Shown: positions 1 through 8,899, counted from the first letter of the stretch. The stretch: DNA of 64,000 nucleotides from a virus (IMGVR_UViG_3300000944_000006:82380-146379); one strand, 5' to 3'. Notes: a model not told the origin generated them from the sequence alone. A program made the numbers and translations.

Positions 1-1658
1 GCCATGTCACGGTCAAAATTCATGTTAATAAAGAGACTTCGTGAACGAATAGCAGGGTCAATATCATCCCGCTTAAGGTTCGATATAAAAATTACGTTAC
101 CATCAAATTCAAAAGTGCTTGGAAGTTTATTTGCACCAAGACGCCGCATAGCTTTATCGATTTCTTTTCTGTCGCCTGTGTCTTCTATGCCAAGTTTTTC
201 TGCATTTCTTTTCACATATTCTTCATCGCCGTACTTTTGACGTTCCTCGACCTGCTTTATGTAAGCATCTCTATCTTTTTTTGAAAGCTTTGATATGTCG
301 CGTGTGCGGGCATTAACCCAAGAAACTTCTGTATCTGTCGTATCCAAAGCGCCTTTAAGAACGTTTTTAGAAACTGCGTCTGCCCAGACCGCATCAATAT
401 CATCAAACACTATGAGAGAGCCTTTTTCGCGGTTAGCAAACAACGTTGCATATATAGAAGCAGGTGAAATATTACCCGCAAACTTGGAAGGCTTTCTTCC
501 TGAATCTGTTACAGCTTTCATAATGTTAAAAGTCTTTCCCAGACCAGCCGCGCCAACAACAATAACAGACTTATGTTGTTGTTTTAAAACACTTTTTACG
601 CTATGTAACATACGTTCGAACAAGAAAGCTGCTTCATCTTTAGCAAGCTTATCTTTGTTTTTAATTGCCTTATCATAAAGAATTTCTTCACGCGACATAG
701 CAGCGCCAAACTGAACAAATTTAGTGCCATCATTGCGGGTGAAACGAATTTGCGGCATATATTGAATAACTTCTGCCTTGCGGATACCTTTAGCTGCAAA
801 TGTGCTTGCATCAACGCCGTCTGGATTATTACTTGTCGGTGTTTTATTTACAGCTTTTTGGTTGCTTACGCTATCACCATTAAGTTTTCCATCAGGGTCA
901 AGGTTTATACGTCCGCGCGTCATATCTTTACGATAGCGTTTGTCTGTCAGAATTTTTGTAGGCGGATTTTTATAACCTAGTTGTTTAGCAAAATCGAAAA
1001 TTTCTGGGCGTGTAAAGTTATCCTTACGATTTGTTAATTCATAAACATCAAGGATGAACTGTGTCGGGTCAACCTTCTTACGGCCTTCCATAATAATTTC
1101 ATCAACAAATTCACCTACGTCTTCATTCATTATTTTTTTCATCTTGTTCATAAAACGAATAGGGTTTTTAACGAATTCAATTGTCGAATTTGCAAATTGC
1201 ACTGAATTATAATCAGCTAAAATAAGCATTGAAAGGTCTGGCTTTTTATTAAGCAGAAAGCCTTTATTATAATAGTCAACAGATGTTGCACGTAAAGCCT
1301 TGTTATAACGCTTAGGTTCAAAATTAATAGAAAATGAACGATTACCAATATTATACACAGCCATAACACCTTTACGGCCTTTAACAGTATATTCATAAAA
1401 ATGGTTTTTACCACCTACGCGAAAAGCTTTCTTACCAACTTTCTTGGATACCAATTTCATAAGTGTTCGAACAACTTTGGAAATTGACGTTTTGTTAAAA
1501 GTGGCTTCTGCTAAAAGAAAGTCGTTTTGATAGTCTTCTTCAAGATATTGTTCGAAGATAATTTCTTCAACATCAACATTATTGTCATCATTTTCTGTGA
1601 TAACCGTTTTTATTCCACGTACATTACCAAGTGCTTCTAAAAGTTTTTTGTTGCTCAT
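1..1658 (-). CDS. AAA+ ATPase with long N-terminal region (3'-truncated by window edge, >552 aa; absent from ORF track)
   Basis: Manual translation from ATG 1658 stays open to base 1. Walker A GAAGLGKT, Walker B LIVFDDID, sensor-1 VIFISN, Arg finger AIRSR. TATAAATA upstream. Confidence 0.85.
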   Translation of the reverse strand, partial: MSNKKLLEALGNVRGIKTVITENDDNNVDVEEIIFEQYLEEDYQNDFLLAEATFNKTSISKVVRTLMKLVSKKVGKKAFRVGGKNHFYEYTVKGRKGVMAVYNIGNRSFSINFEPKRYNKALRATSVDYYNKGFLLNKKPDLSMLILADYNSVQFANSTIEFVKNPIRFMNKMKKIMNEDVGEFVDEIIMEGRKKVDPTQFILDVYELTNRKDNFTRPEIFDFAKQLGYKNPPTKILTDKRYRKDMTRGRINLDPDGKLNGDSVSNQKAVNKTPTSNNPDGVDASTFAAKGIRKAEVIQYMPQIRFTRNDGTKFVQFGAAMSREEILYDKAIKNKDKLAKDEAAFLFERMLHSVKSVLKQQHKSVIVVGAAGLGKTFNIMKAVTDSGRKPSKFAGNISPASIYATLFANREKGSLIVFDDIDAVWADAVSKNVLKGALDTTDTEVSWVNARTRDISKLSKKDRDAYIKQVEERQKYGDEEYVKRNAEKLGIEDTGDRKEIDKAMRRLGANKLPSTFEFDGNVIFISNLKRDDIDPAIRSRSLFINMNFDRDM

Positions 1659-1704
1659 TACCTGCGTATCCTAAAAAATTTGTAAAATTTGTAATATGAA
1701 CAAC

Positions 1705-1712
1705 TATTTATA
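1705..1712 (-). promoter_or_regulatory. T4-type late promoter
   Basis: Exact TATAAATA upstream of ATG 1658. Confidence 0.7.
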
Positions 1713-1754
1713 TCTTAATAAATTTAAAGTGATTCGCTTTATTACACATATTCG

Positions 1755-1762
1755 TATAAATA
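1755..1762 (+). promoter_or_regulatory. T4-type late promoter
   Basis: Exact TATAAATA, followed by AAAGGA SD before ATG 1789. Confidence 0.65.
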
Positions 1763-1788
1763 TTAATATAATCAAAAGGATTAAAAAT

Positions 1789-2112
1789 ATGAAAAAGTTA
1801 AAATATTTTATAGCAGCCTTGTTTGCAGGGGCAGTAATGTTTGTTCCCGCAAGTGCGAATGCACATCATGCAAAGTTTAAAAAAGACGTTCGCGTGAAGA
1901 CGTATTCCTATAACACAGTTGTATATTGTCATAGATATCCACTGTCATATCGCTGCGAACCACTTCGTATCTACTTTAGTTTTGGTAATTCGCATAAATT
2001 CAACAACCGAACTAGACGAAACTTTCGTAGCAATCGGCATATAGATAAATTTGATAATCGTCGACATCAACGTAGTCGACCAACAACTTCGACAAGACGT
2101 TTTCGTAAATAG
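1789..2112 (+). CDS. Small secreted Arg/His-rich protein
   Basis: MKKLKYFIAALFAGAVMFVPASANA signal peptide, SD, very basic C-terminus, downstream terminator. Confidence 0.7.
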   Translation: MKKLKYFIAALFAGAVMFVPASANAHHAKFKKDVRVKTYSYNTVVYCHRYPLSYRCEPLRIYFSFGNSHKFNNRTRRNFRSNRHIDKFDNRRHQRSRPTTSTRRFRK

Positions 2113-2113
2113 C

Positions 2114-2144
2114 AAAAAAGGGCGTTAAAAGCGCCCTTTTTTTT
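2114..2144. terminator. Bidirectional intrinsic terminator
   Basis: A-tract, GGGCG stem, 7-nt loop, CGCCC, T-tract, between convergent genes. Confidence 0.85.
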
Positions 2145-2367
2145 ATACCAGATTTTTTTCAACAGATTTATTTCCCACAAGACTAAAATCTTCTTCTTGA
2201 ACAACTTCAACAAGTTCTACTTTAACCTTTACAATTCCACATTGGTCAACACATTTACGACTATTACGCAAATCTTGTTCGCTAGAATATAATTCAACAC
2301 CACCACTAGCTTCGCCTAATTCGTGGTCATAATCGACCTTACACATGTATAAAATTTTATTAGTCAT
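2143..2367 (-). CDS. Hypothetical protein
   Basis: 74-aa ORF in a packed minus-strand run. Confidence 0.6.
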   Translation of the reverse strand: MTNKILYMCKVDYDHELGEASGGVELYSSEQDLRNSRKCVDQCGIVKVKVELVEVVQEEDFSLVGNKSVEKNLV

Positions 2368-2375
2368 ATTGCTCT

Positions 2376-2480
2376 TTAATCAATAGGCAAGTCTAAAGTT
2401 CTTTCGTCGCTATAAGTTGCTTGATAGCCACTATATGTGTATGTGTCACCTTTTTTAGTTGTCCAAGTTTTATCCGACAT
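2376..2480 (-). CDS. Small hypothetical protein (34 aa, MSDKTWTTKKG...)
   Basis: Manually translated; fills the gap between neighbours. Confidence 0.35.
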   Translation of the reverse strand: MSDKTWTTKKGDTYTYSGYQATYSDERTLDLPID

Positions 2481-2871
2481 CTTTATGTCCTAATTTTATG
2501 GCTTCAAGCGAAGCGATATCTAATGCTATCGGCAATGATGTATGACATCCAGTAACCATTTTTCCTGTATTTGTATTACATAATGTCATAGTATCTGTTT
2601 CATGGTCATATGCTCTTAAGAACCAATTATCAGGAATAGTTGTCATAGCAGCATCTATGGACGTAGTGACAGGTTGTGCATAATCATATATTAGAGATTC
2701 TTTATCTTTATTTATTTTAAAGTAAAACGCGCCAGTTAATGAACTCCCTTCTCCTATACGTGGTTCTACTCTCTTCGATAATGCTACTGCTACTCGCGCA
2801 TCTAATAATTTTGACCCATCATCTGATGATTCTAAATCGAAAATAAGAGCATCTATTTTAGCTATGTCCAT
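2470..2871 (-). CDS. Hypothetical phage protein
   Basis: 133-aa ORF; LDARVAVAL and TTSIDAAMT segments resemble common small phage proteins. Confidence 0.65.
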   Translation of the reverse strand: MDIAKIDALIFDLESSDDGSKLLDARVAVALSKRVEPRIGEGSSLTGAFYFKINKDKESLIYDYAQPVTTSIDAAMTTIPDNWFLRAYDHETDTMTLCNTNTGKMVTGCHTSLPIALDIASLEAIKLGHKDVG

Positions 2872-2874
2872 AAT

Positions 2875-3072
2875 CTAATTCACTTCCACGATATTTATTT
2901 TTTTAATAAAAACTTCATCATGTCCAATAAAAAATTTCTGATTATCACACATAATTTCTGCCTTAGAAAAATCGGTGAATATTTTTGCTGAATATAACTT
3001 ATCAGTCCACCGATTATTAAACATAGCATACTTACTGTTTTTTACATCTTTGACAACAAATAAATCAGCCAT
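2875..3072 (-). CDS. Hypothetical protein
   Basis: 65-aa ORF with SD (AAAGGA), operon-packed. Confidence 0.6.
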   Translation of the reverse strand: MADLFVVKDVKNSKYAMFNNRWTDKLYSAKIFTDFSKAEIMCDNQKFFIGHDEVFIKKINIVEVN

Positions 3073-3082
3073 ATCTAATCCT

Positions 3083-4285
3083 TTAATCGATAATCTTACA
3101 GCGTGTCAAGTGTGTTTGTTTCACACCACGGAATTCATCATGCTTCTTGACCGTTCCATCAAGAATAATGGTGTCGCCGTTTTCTGCCCCGAAGAAGACC
3201 GTTCCCCAATACATGAACACGTTTCCAAGCTTATCTATCAACTGATAAGCATAAGATGTTCCCCATTGTGTTTCACGTTCATAACAGCTTTTTTGAACGA
3301 CTTCCAGACCGCGCAAACGTTCTTTAACTTGTCCGACATATTCAGAGTTTTCAGCAAGGGCTTTTGTTGCTTCTAACTTCTTAGTTTCTTTGTCAAAAGC
3401 AGCAACCGCAGAACATAGAAGCCCAAAACGTCTTATGTTTGTGAAACATTCTATACCGCCAAATTGTGAAAGGTTATCCATATAATCATTTTGACCATAT
3501 TCAATTTCTTCGAACCAAGCCATGACTTTCTTAATATATTCAACCATCTTTTCGTCACGCGCATCATACGCTTGGTGAGCATCTTTAACAAAATCTTTAG
3601 GTTTTTTGCTAGGGATAACACATTCTATCACGCGATAAGCAGTAGCATCATCGCGGTCAAGTTCTGCTGCACGGCCTTTAGACAACCATCCAAAGCGGTC
3701 AATCATAATCTTTGTGTAAGTCAGAACTTCTTCAGTCAAGTAGATAGGCTTGAAGAAGTTACCAAATCTTTCCATAGATTCTTCAAGGTCGTTTAGGACA
3801 CTTAAGCTTCGTAAGACTCTAGCAGGGTCATGACCAAGATATTCTCTAAGGCATGACTTACCTACTTGAAGAATTTCATCAGTATCCACAGAACGAACAA
3901 TGTATCCAAGCTTTCTTTGACGGGATTTTTTACAGTGGTCACATGCGGCAGGATTTGCTTCTGTGTCGAAAGGATACGCTTCAAATGGAACCATGTCAAC
4001 AAAGACCATACCATCTTCAGCAGTAACCTTTCCAAGAAATTCAAAGTTACCAATTTTAGGGATAACGTTATTGACGATAACTTCTATCATAGGGGCTTTA
4101 TAGGTAACAGTCTTACCATCAACCAATCTATGTTGGTTGACTTTCTTCTTTTCGCCAAATCTATATGTTAGTGGTGCGTCTGGCATGTACTTAAGCGACT
4201 TAGCAACAAGCTTATCAAGCTTAACTTTCGTGTCGTACATCTTTTCAATCAAGACGAGATATGTATTTTCAACAATTTCAGTCAT
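3083..4285 (-). CDS. Phage protein with CDHC motif and probable C-terminal OB-fold
   Basis: 400 aa; C-terminus YVGQVKER...TQWG...LDGTVKKHDEFRGVKQTHLTRCK is OB-like. sigma70 promoter and GGGAGA SD upstream. Confidence 0.7.
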   Translation of the reverse strand: MTEIVENTYLVLIEKMYDTKVKLDKLVAKSLKYMPDAPLTYRFGEKKKVNQHRLVDGKTVTYKAPMIEVIVNNVIPKIGNFEFLGKVTAEDGMVFVDMVPFEAYPFDTEANPAACDHCKKSRQRKLGYIVRSVDTDEILQVGKSCLREYLGHDPARVLRSLSVLNDLEESMERFGNFFKPIYLTEEVLTYTKIMIDRFGWLSKGRAAELDRDDATAYRVIECVIPSKKPKDFVKDAHQAYDARDEKMVEYIKKVMAWFEEIEYGQNDYMDNLSQFGGIECFTNIRRFGLLCSAVAAFDKETKKLEATKALAENSEYVGQVKERLRGLEVVQKSCYERETQWGTSYAYQLIDKLGNVFMYWGTVFFGAENGDTIILDGTVKKHDEFRGVKQTHLTRCKIID

Positions 4286-4311
4286 TATAAGAATCTCCCA
4301 ATTCAGATTAC

Positions 4312-4339
4312 ACTATACACTAATTTAATATTATGTCAA
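4312..4339 (-). promoter_or_regulatory. sigma70-type early promoter
   Basis: TTGACA-N16-TATAGT, preceded by TG. Confidence 0.65.
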
Positions 4340-4346
4340 TTAAATA

Positions 4347-4697
4347 TTATAAAATATGTTCTACATCGTCTGTCGGTAAAGTTTTGTGATATTTGCCATA
4401 TTTTATAACACTATCATTCATATCAAGTTTTAATAAAAAATCTGTATCTGAATTTTCTCTATCAACAAAGATATTTAGTTCTTTTTCTATAGGCGTTATT
4501 TTTCTATATGGTGAAGAATGTAGGTATCTATAGCATAGTTTTCCTGTATCGTCGTATGTACACACTTCATGTTCAATTAATCCAGTTTCTTCAATACATA
4601 ATTTTTGGATAGTATCGTCGAATATAACTTTAAATTGCTTTACGTGTTTTTCATCTACGCCATTATTTAATACTCTTTTATCAATTTTTTTGGTCAC
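4347..4697 (-). CDS. Hypothetical protein
   Basis: 116-aa ORF downstream of a sigma70-like promoter. Confidence 0.55.
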   Translation of the reverse strand: MTKKIDKRVLNNGVDEKHVKQFKVIFDDTIQKLCIEETGLIEHEVCTYDDTGKLCYRYLHSSPYRKITPIEKELNIFVDRENSDTDFLLKLDMNDSVIKYGKYHKTLPTDDVEHIL

Positions 4698-4724
4698 GTA
4701 TATTACCCTGTTGTTTAAATTAAG

Positions 4725-4797
4725 ATAATATTATCTTTTAGTACCATGTCAACACAATAAACAACATATTGACATAGCTCCAAAATTTGTTTAATAT
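4725..4797. promoter_or_regulatory. Divergent sigma70-type promoters
   Basis: Minus: TTGACA(4752)-N16-TATTAT. Plus: TTGACA(4769)-N17-TAATAT-N6-ATG(4804). Confidence 0.6.
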
Positions 4798-4803
4798 TAT
4801 CAA

Positions 4804-5106
4804 ATGTATAAGTTTAGAATATCAGGAAAAGTTCGTTATTTGAATACACCAAATATGTTCGAGGAAACGTATTTTTATATACATGACCAAAAAAGTAGTA
4901 TAGGGGCATATTTCAGTGAAGAGACACAAAATGATGTTTGTTTAAAATTATCTCCTTACATTAATCAGAAAGTTACATTATATTTCTCACACACGTTCGA
5001 AAACCCTAAATTTAATTCTGATATAGACGAAGTAAAATATGGTGTTTACACAAGAGAAGAAGACGGATTTAGACTTAATCATATTGAGAAATATATACAT
5101 GTATAA
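4804..5106 (+). CDS. YKYK-family small protein
   Basis: MYKFRISG...KVTLYF...RLNHIE. Confidence 0.75.
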   Translation: MYKFRISGKVRYLNTPNMFEETYFYIHDQKSSIGAYFSEETQNDVCLKLSPYINQKVTLYFSHTFENPKFNSDIDEVKYGVYTREEDGFRLNHIEKYIHV

Positions 5107-5425
5107 ATTTAAAATATCTGGTACATTATACCACAAAAGTAGTGATGAAGATTTGTTCAACACAAATTGGTTATTTTTACAATCTTCTATACATGGAAAA
5201 CTATTTCTTTATCTTTCAGAAGATGCCAATCACGAAGATTACGAGAGATTACAATATTTTGTTAACACCAATAATAACACAAACATGGAAATATTTTTTA
5301 CTCATAAATCAAAATCACCATTATTTCCTAAAAATGGCAATTATCATGTTCGCTCACATCCTTCAGCAGGATTTAAAATAACAGCAGTAAAAAAAGACGA
5401 AAAAATAATTTATGTACAAATTTAA
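5099..5425 (+). CDS. YKYK-family small protein
   Basis: MYKFKISG...MEIFF...FKITAV; start moved to 5099. Confidence 0.75.
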   Translation: MYKFKISGTLYHKSSDEDLFNTNWLFLQSSIHGKLFLYLSEDANHEDYERLQYFVNTNNNTNMEIFFTHKSKSPLFPKNGNYHVRSHPSAGFKITAVKKDEKIIYVQI

Positions 5426-5714
5426 AATACGCGGTAGATTGAATCATATAACGGAAAATCCTACTAGATATATTGTTATAAGGTCTTTAAATAATCTACA
5501 AATTGAAGCATGGATTGGCGAAGATGAAAATCTAAGATATTATCTTAAATTAAAAGAAATATGGAATACATCATTATGTGATGTAGAAGTATTTTTTACA
5601 TCAAGTGAAGAAAATCCTTTATTCAAACATAGTGATGGAAAAATGAAAACAAAAACAGGTAAAAGTTTTATTTTTCAAATAGACAGAATAGAGACAATAG
5701 TTTATGCAAAGTAA
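5412..5714 (+). CDS. YKYK-family small protein
   Basis: MYKFKIRG...VEVFF...QIDRIE. Confidence 0.75.
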   Translation: MYKFKIRGRLNHITENPTRYIVIRSLNNLQIEAWIGEDENLRYYLKLKEIWNTSLCDVEVFFTSSEENPLFKHSDGKMKTKTGKSFIFQIDRIETIVYAK

Positions 5715-5898
5715 AAAACATTCATTATACGAAATATTAGCAAATCAATTTATAGGACAGATTATATCAATCGTATTTTGTGTATTTGTTCTTAATATTC
5801 CTATCTTCACATCCATAGGAGCAACACTATTTTTCACATTCGCGTCTATAGTGCGCTCCTACGTGATTCGAAGGATTTTCAATCGCTTTGAAGATTAG
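5704..5898 (+). CDS. Small two-TM membrane protein
   Basis: Two hydrophobic stretches; HSLYE..N..IG and RSY..RRIFN pattern seen in small phage proteins. Confidence 0.65.
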   Translation: MQSKKHSLYEILANQFIGQIISIVFCVFVLNIPIFTSIGATLFFTFASIVRSYVIRRIFNRFED

Positions 5899-5911
5899 TC
5901 TTCGCCAAATA

Positions 5912-6475
5912 TTAATTTGAAACCTCCATTTTTTCAAAACCAAACTTGTCTGTCAGAGTGTCAGAATATGTTTTTAATGATTCTGGTGAATAATGTCCTT
6001 TTATAAGAGAATTTTCGAAATTAGGTAAATTTTCTACCATAAATTTATCAGAATGCCAATAAATATATTCTTCTAAATGGATTTCCGCAAAGACTCGACC
6101 TGTAGCAGCATCGCTACCACATCCCATAGCAAAGATAGTGCGACCATCTATTCCAAATTCACAAGAAGATTCGTGCGTGACTTTATTATATAATTTATAT
6201 GACAAATTTTCAGAAAGAATTTTTAACTGTTTAATAAAATGTTTTGCCGCATGATACTCATAACAAACTACAAGATAATTTAATTGTTTCGTATCAAAAC
6301 AAATTTTCCACAAAAGATATATCATTAGATTAGTTGTCATACCTTTCACATGTCTAGGTTTAACTAAGGTAGCGTTAGTAGGTTTTAAAAGAAATTTAAT
6401 TATTGTTTCATCAATATCTTTATATTCACCAAAATACGCTTCTTTAAATTGTTTAAAATCCATTATATTCTCCAC
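5912..6475 (-). CDS. Degenerate terminase-large-subunit-like ATPase domain
   Basis: Colinear with the ATPase region of gp17 in this window (KPRHVKGMTT vs SRQMGKS; GRTIFAM..AATGRVFAEIHLEE vs GSTIFCE..SLRGDTPNFVLLDE); no nuclease domain. Confidence 0.55.
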   Translation of the reverse strand: MENIMDFKQFKEAYFGEYKDIDETIIKFLLKPTNATLVKPRHVKGMTTNLMIYLLWKICFDTKQLNYLVVCYEYHAAKHFIKQLKILSENLSYKLYNKVTHESSCEFGIDGRTIFAMGCGSDAATGRVFAEIHLEEYIYWHSDKFMVENLPNFENSLIKGHYSPESLKTYSDTLTDKFGFEKMEVSN

Positions 6476-8112
6476 TTACCGTCTATGATGTTGATTAAAG
6501 TTGCTTTGGAATTTGGGTAAATGATACAATGTGAGTTCAGCCAAGAGGACGGAGAACCTTTCGCATAAGATAAGTCAAGACGACTTGACGTACCTACCTG
6601 TATAGAATTTTCATATATAGCAGGTGAATGTGAATGTCCTACAATAACAGGCGTTCCCATCTTTGCCAAGCCTTTAAGACTCCCGCGAGAACCGTTCGGG
6701 CCTTTGTCACCATGATAGTGCAACATGTAATCAAAAGAATGTAGTGTGTCATCGCGCGTAAGGAAAGTTACATTTTTTGATTGCAATCCTTTGCCACTTT
6801 CAGGATTTCGACACCAAAATTCAAAAGGGTCAAAAGATGAAAATCCAGTTTCATTAATATGAACAGATTTCATTTGATGATATTTCATGTAGTAATAAAA
6901 TGCAGCATTTTCAGGGTCACTTTTTGGATTATAGCTTGCTAAATATCTATCAATTTGTTCATCGTGGTTAGACTTAACAATATAAACATCCTTAGTATAA
7001 GACGATGTAAGGTCTATAAAATTAGCGGATATTTGCAATTCTTCTTGAATATTACCGCGCCCGAAATGATGCTTACCAAATTCTATAATTTCGTTTCCCC
7101 ATTCGTGTGTATTTTTAGCATTGCCGTCATGGACATCGCCTAGAACAATCTTTTCTGGTTTCAATACATTACATATAGAATCTTTGTTTGTCAGTGTCGC
7201 CGCTTCTACATCTTTATCAATAAAGACAGCATGTATGTCTCCCATAACAAGAATAGGGACACGACCATATTTTTTAGATTTTTTCTTAGTGTACAATTTA
7301 TCTAAATCATACATACCATCTTTATCATCATAATGCATATGACGCATATGAAAACCACGATTATTATCTTCTATTTCGACAACGATAGCAGAAAATGAGT
7401 GATGAAATTCAGCACGTTTACCTGCCTTCGACGGTATGTAATTTGGAATTGTTACCGTACCTGTGGACGCCATTATTTTTGGAAGGTCTTTAGATGGTGT
7501 TGGAATTGTTGTTAATTGAACTTTAGGATGCCCTACAATACCAGATGCATTACCTGTTAAAGAATCTATCCCATGTATCGGTTGTATCGCCGTAGGAACA
7601 ATCTTTGTGTCGCCTAATATGTGAAGCATAGGCGTAATTTGAACATGTTCTGTAAGGACGTAATCTGTAAGTTCTGGTGCTATATATTCTTTTTTAGAAG
7701 ACCCTGTAGACCAAATAGATGTTGGATTATTATATCGAAAAGGAATGACAATTAATTGTGCATCATTTTCTTTACAATATAATTCAAGGGTTAGAAGAAA
7801 GTCTTTATTGATAGGTGTAGACATCTGTGCAGATGTTACAACATAACGTTTCTTTTTTTGTATGGATTGTGATTTAAAATACTTGATGTTTTCATCAAGT
7901 TCGTTTTCAAATTCAGTAAGCGTGTCTAAAGGTATTTCAACGCCTGCTTCTTTATCTGATGTTAATTGTGGAAGGGTTAGACCAATATCTTGTTGTATTT
8001 TTTGTCTTTTACGGTCTAGGGTTTTTGGTTTTATTTCTAGGAAATTTGATAATTGTTCTTTAGTCAGTTTAAATTTAATTGCGGCCTTATAAGCCTTAAT
8101 AAAATCTTGCAT
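6463..8112 (-). CDS. N-terminal HTH plus calcineurin-like metallophosphoesterase
   Basis: GDIH, GDVHD, SNHD, HYHGD and GHSH motifs; N-terminal QLSNFLEIKPKTLDRK is HTH-like. Confidence 0.75.
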   Translation of the reverse strand: MQDFIKAYKAAIKFKLTKEQLSNFLEIKPKTLDRKRQKIQQDIGLTLPQLTSDKEAGVEIPLDTLTEFENELDENIKYFKSQSIQKKKRYVVTSAQMSTPINKDFLLTLELYCKENDAQLIVIPFRYNNPTSIWSTGSSKKEYIAPELTDYVLTEHVQITPMLHILGDTKIVPTAIQPIHGIDSLTGNASGIVGHPKVQLTTIPTPSKDLPKIMASTGTVTIPNYIPSKAGKRAEFHHSFSAIVVEIEDNNRGFHMRHMHYDDKDGMYDLDKLYTKKKSKKYGRVPILVMGDIHAVFIDKDVEAATLTNKDSICNVLKPEKIVLGDVHDGNAKNTHEWGNEIIEFGKHHFGRGNIQEELQISANFIDLTSSYTKDVYIVKSNHDEQIDRYLASYNPKSDPENAAFYYYMKYHQMKSVHINETGFSSFDPFEFWCRNPESGKGLQSKNVTFLTRDDTLHSFDYMLHYHGDKGPNGSRGSLKGLAKMGTPVIVGHSHSPAIYENSIQVGTSSRLDLSYAKGSPSSWLNSHCIIYPNSKATLINIIDGKWRI

Positions 8113-8119
8113 AGTTAAC

Positions 8120-8491
8120 CTACATCTTATTTAGCATCTCCATAATGTCTTGATTAATCTTTAAGTCTGGCAAGTAATCTAAGTGGATTAAGCCAACATA
8201 AAGCAATATCGTTTTCAGAACTTCGCGGTCTTCAGTATCAGTAATAAAGAAAAAAAGAAGTTCCCTGATATATTCAGTTTCAAATACATTGTTCAAAACT
8301 ATTATGTGATTTACAAGCAATCTAATGTTGACTTTTGATTTTGTAAAGTAATTTTTTATGATTCTTCGAATAAATTTAATTCGGTCAAGGTCTTCATGCA
8401 CTTCTTTTTCAGAAATGAGTACAGGATTACGGTAATACCCAAAGGATATTTCCACATAGTTATTTTCGGTTAGACCAAAAGAATTTGTCAA
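8120..8491 (-). CDS. Conserved T4-like phage hypothetical protein
   Basis: EDLDRIKFIRR...RLLVNHIIVLNNVF matches a family I recall from marine T4-like phages; TTG start. Confidence 0.7.
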   Translation of the reverse strand: MTNSFGLTENNYVEISFGYYRNPVLISEKEVHEDLDRIKFIRRIIKNYFTKSKVNIRLLVNHIIVLNNVFETEYIRELLFFFITDTEDREVLKTILLYVGLIHLDYLPDLKINQDIMEMLNKM

Positions 8492-8497
8492 TTTATA

Positions 8498-8641
8498 TTA
8501 CCCTTCGGTAAGAAATTGAGTATCGTTCTTTTTGTTTTTCTTACGAAGCTTTTTCTTGTTTTCTTTCAGAAGTGCTTCTTGGTCAATATATTCGTGGATA
8601 TACTGAAGGTCTTTGTCTTTGTTAAAAGTATTATTAGTCAT
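8498..8641 (-). CDS. Small late protein (47 aa)
   Basis: Manually translated MTNNTFNKDK...FLTEG; ATG lies 5 nt after TATAAATA. Confidence 0.6.
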   Translation of the reverse strand: MTNNTFNKDKDLQYIHEYIDQEALLKENKKKLRKKNKKNDTQFLTEG

Positions 8642-8646
8642 GTGGT

Positions 8647-8654
8647 TATTTATA
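8647..8654 (-). promoter_or_regulatory. Late promoter, leaderless configuration, inside a perfect inverted repeat
   Basis: TATAAATA-ACCAC-ATG; 10-bp arms span 8639-8662. Confidence 0.7.
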
Positions 8655-8684
8655 ACCACATGCAATTATTGTGTTATATAGTAA

Positions 8685-8882
8685 CTATTTCTTTTTATTA
8701 CGCTTAGTTTCGTTATAATCTTCTATAACACGAAACAGACTTGCCAAAGGATATTTGTGCGTTACACGCTTACCGTTTTTTTCAAACATTACACAGTACA
8801 TTGGGCCTTTTGTGTAAGCATTTATAACATCTTCATAAACTATTGGAAAGCTTGTCTCGTTTCTCTGTATTTCAATTTTCAT
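8685..8882 (-). CDS. Hypothetical protein
   Basis: 65-aa ORF. Confidence 0.6.
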   Translation of the reverse strand: MKIEIQRNETSFPIVYEDVINAYTKGPMYCVMFEKNGKRVTHKYPLASLFRVIEDYNETKRNKKK

Positions 8883-8899
8883 TAGTTTTGATTACCTAT

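Noticed and set aside
4-1414. Plus-strand and short minus-strand ORFs listed at the window start
   Set aside because: They are shadows of the long minus-strand AAA+ ORF (1658 to edge), which has coherent motifs. The same applies to most short ORFs nested in or antisense to core genes throughout the window.
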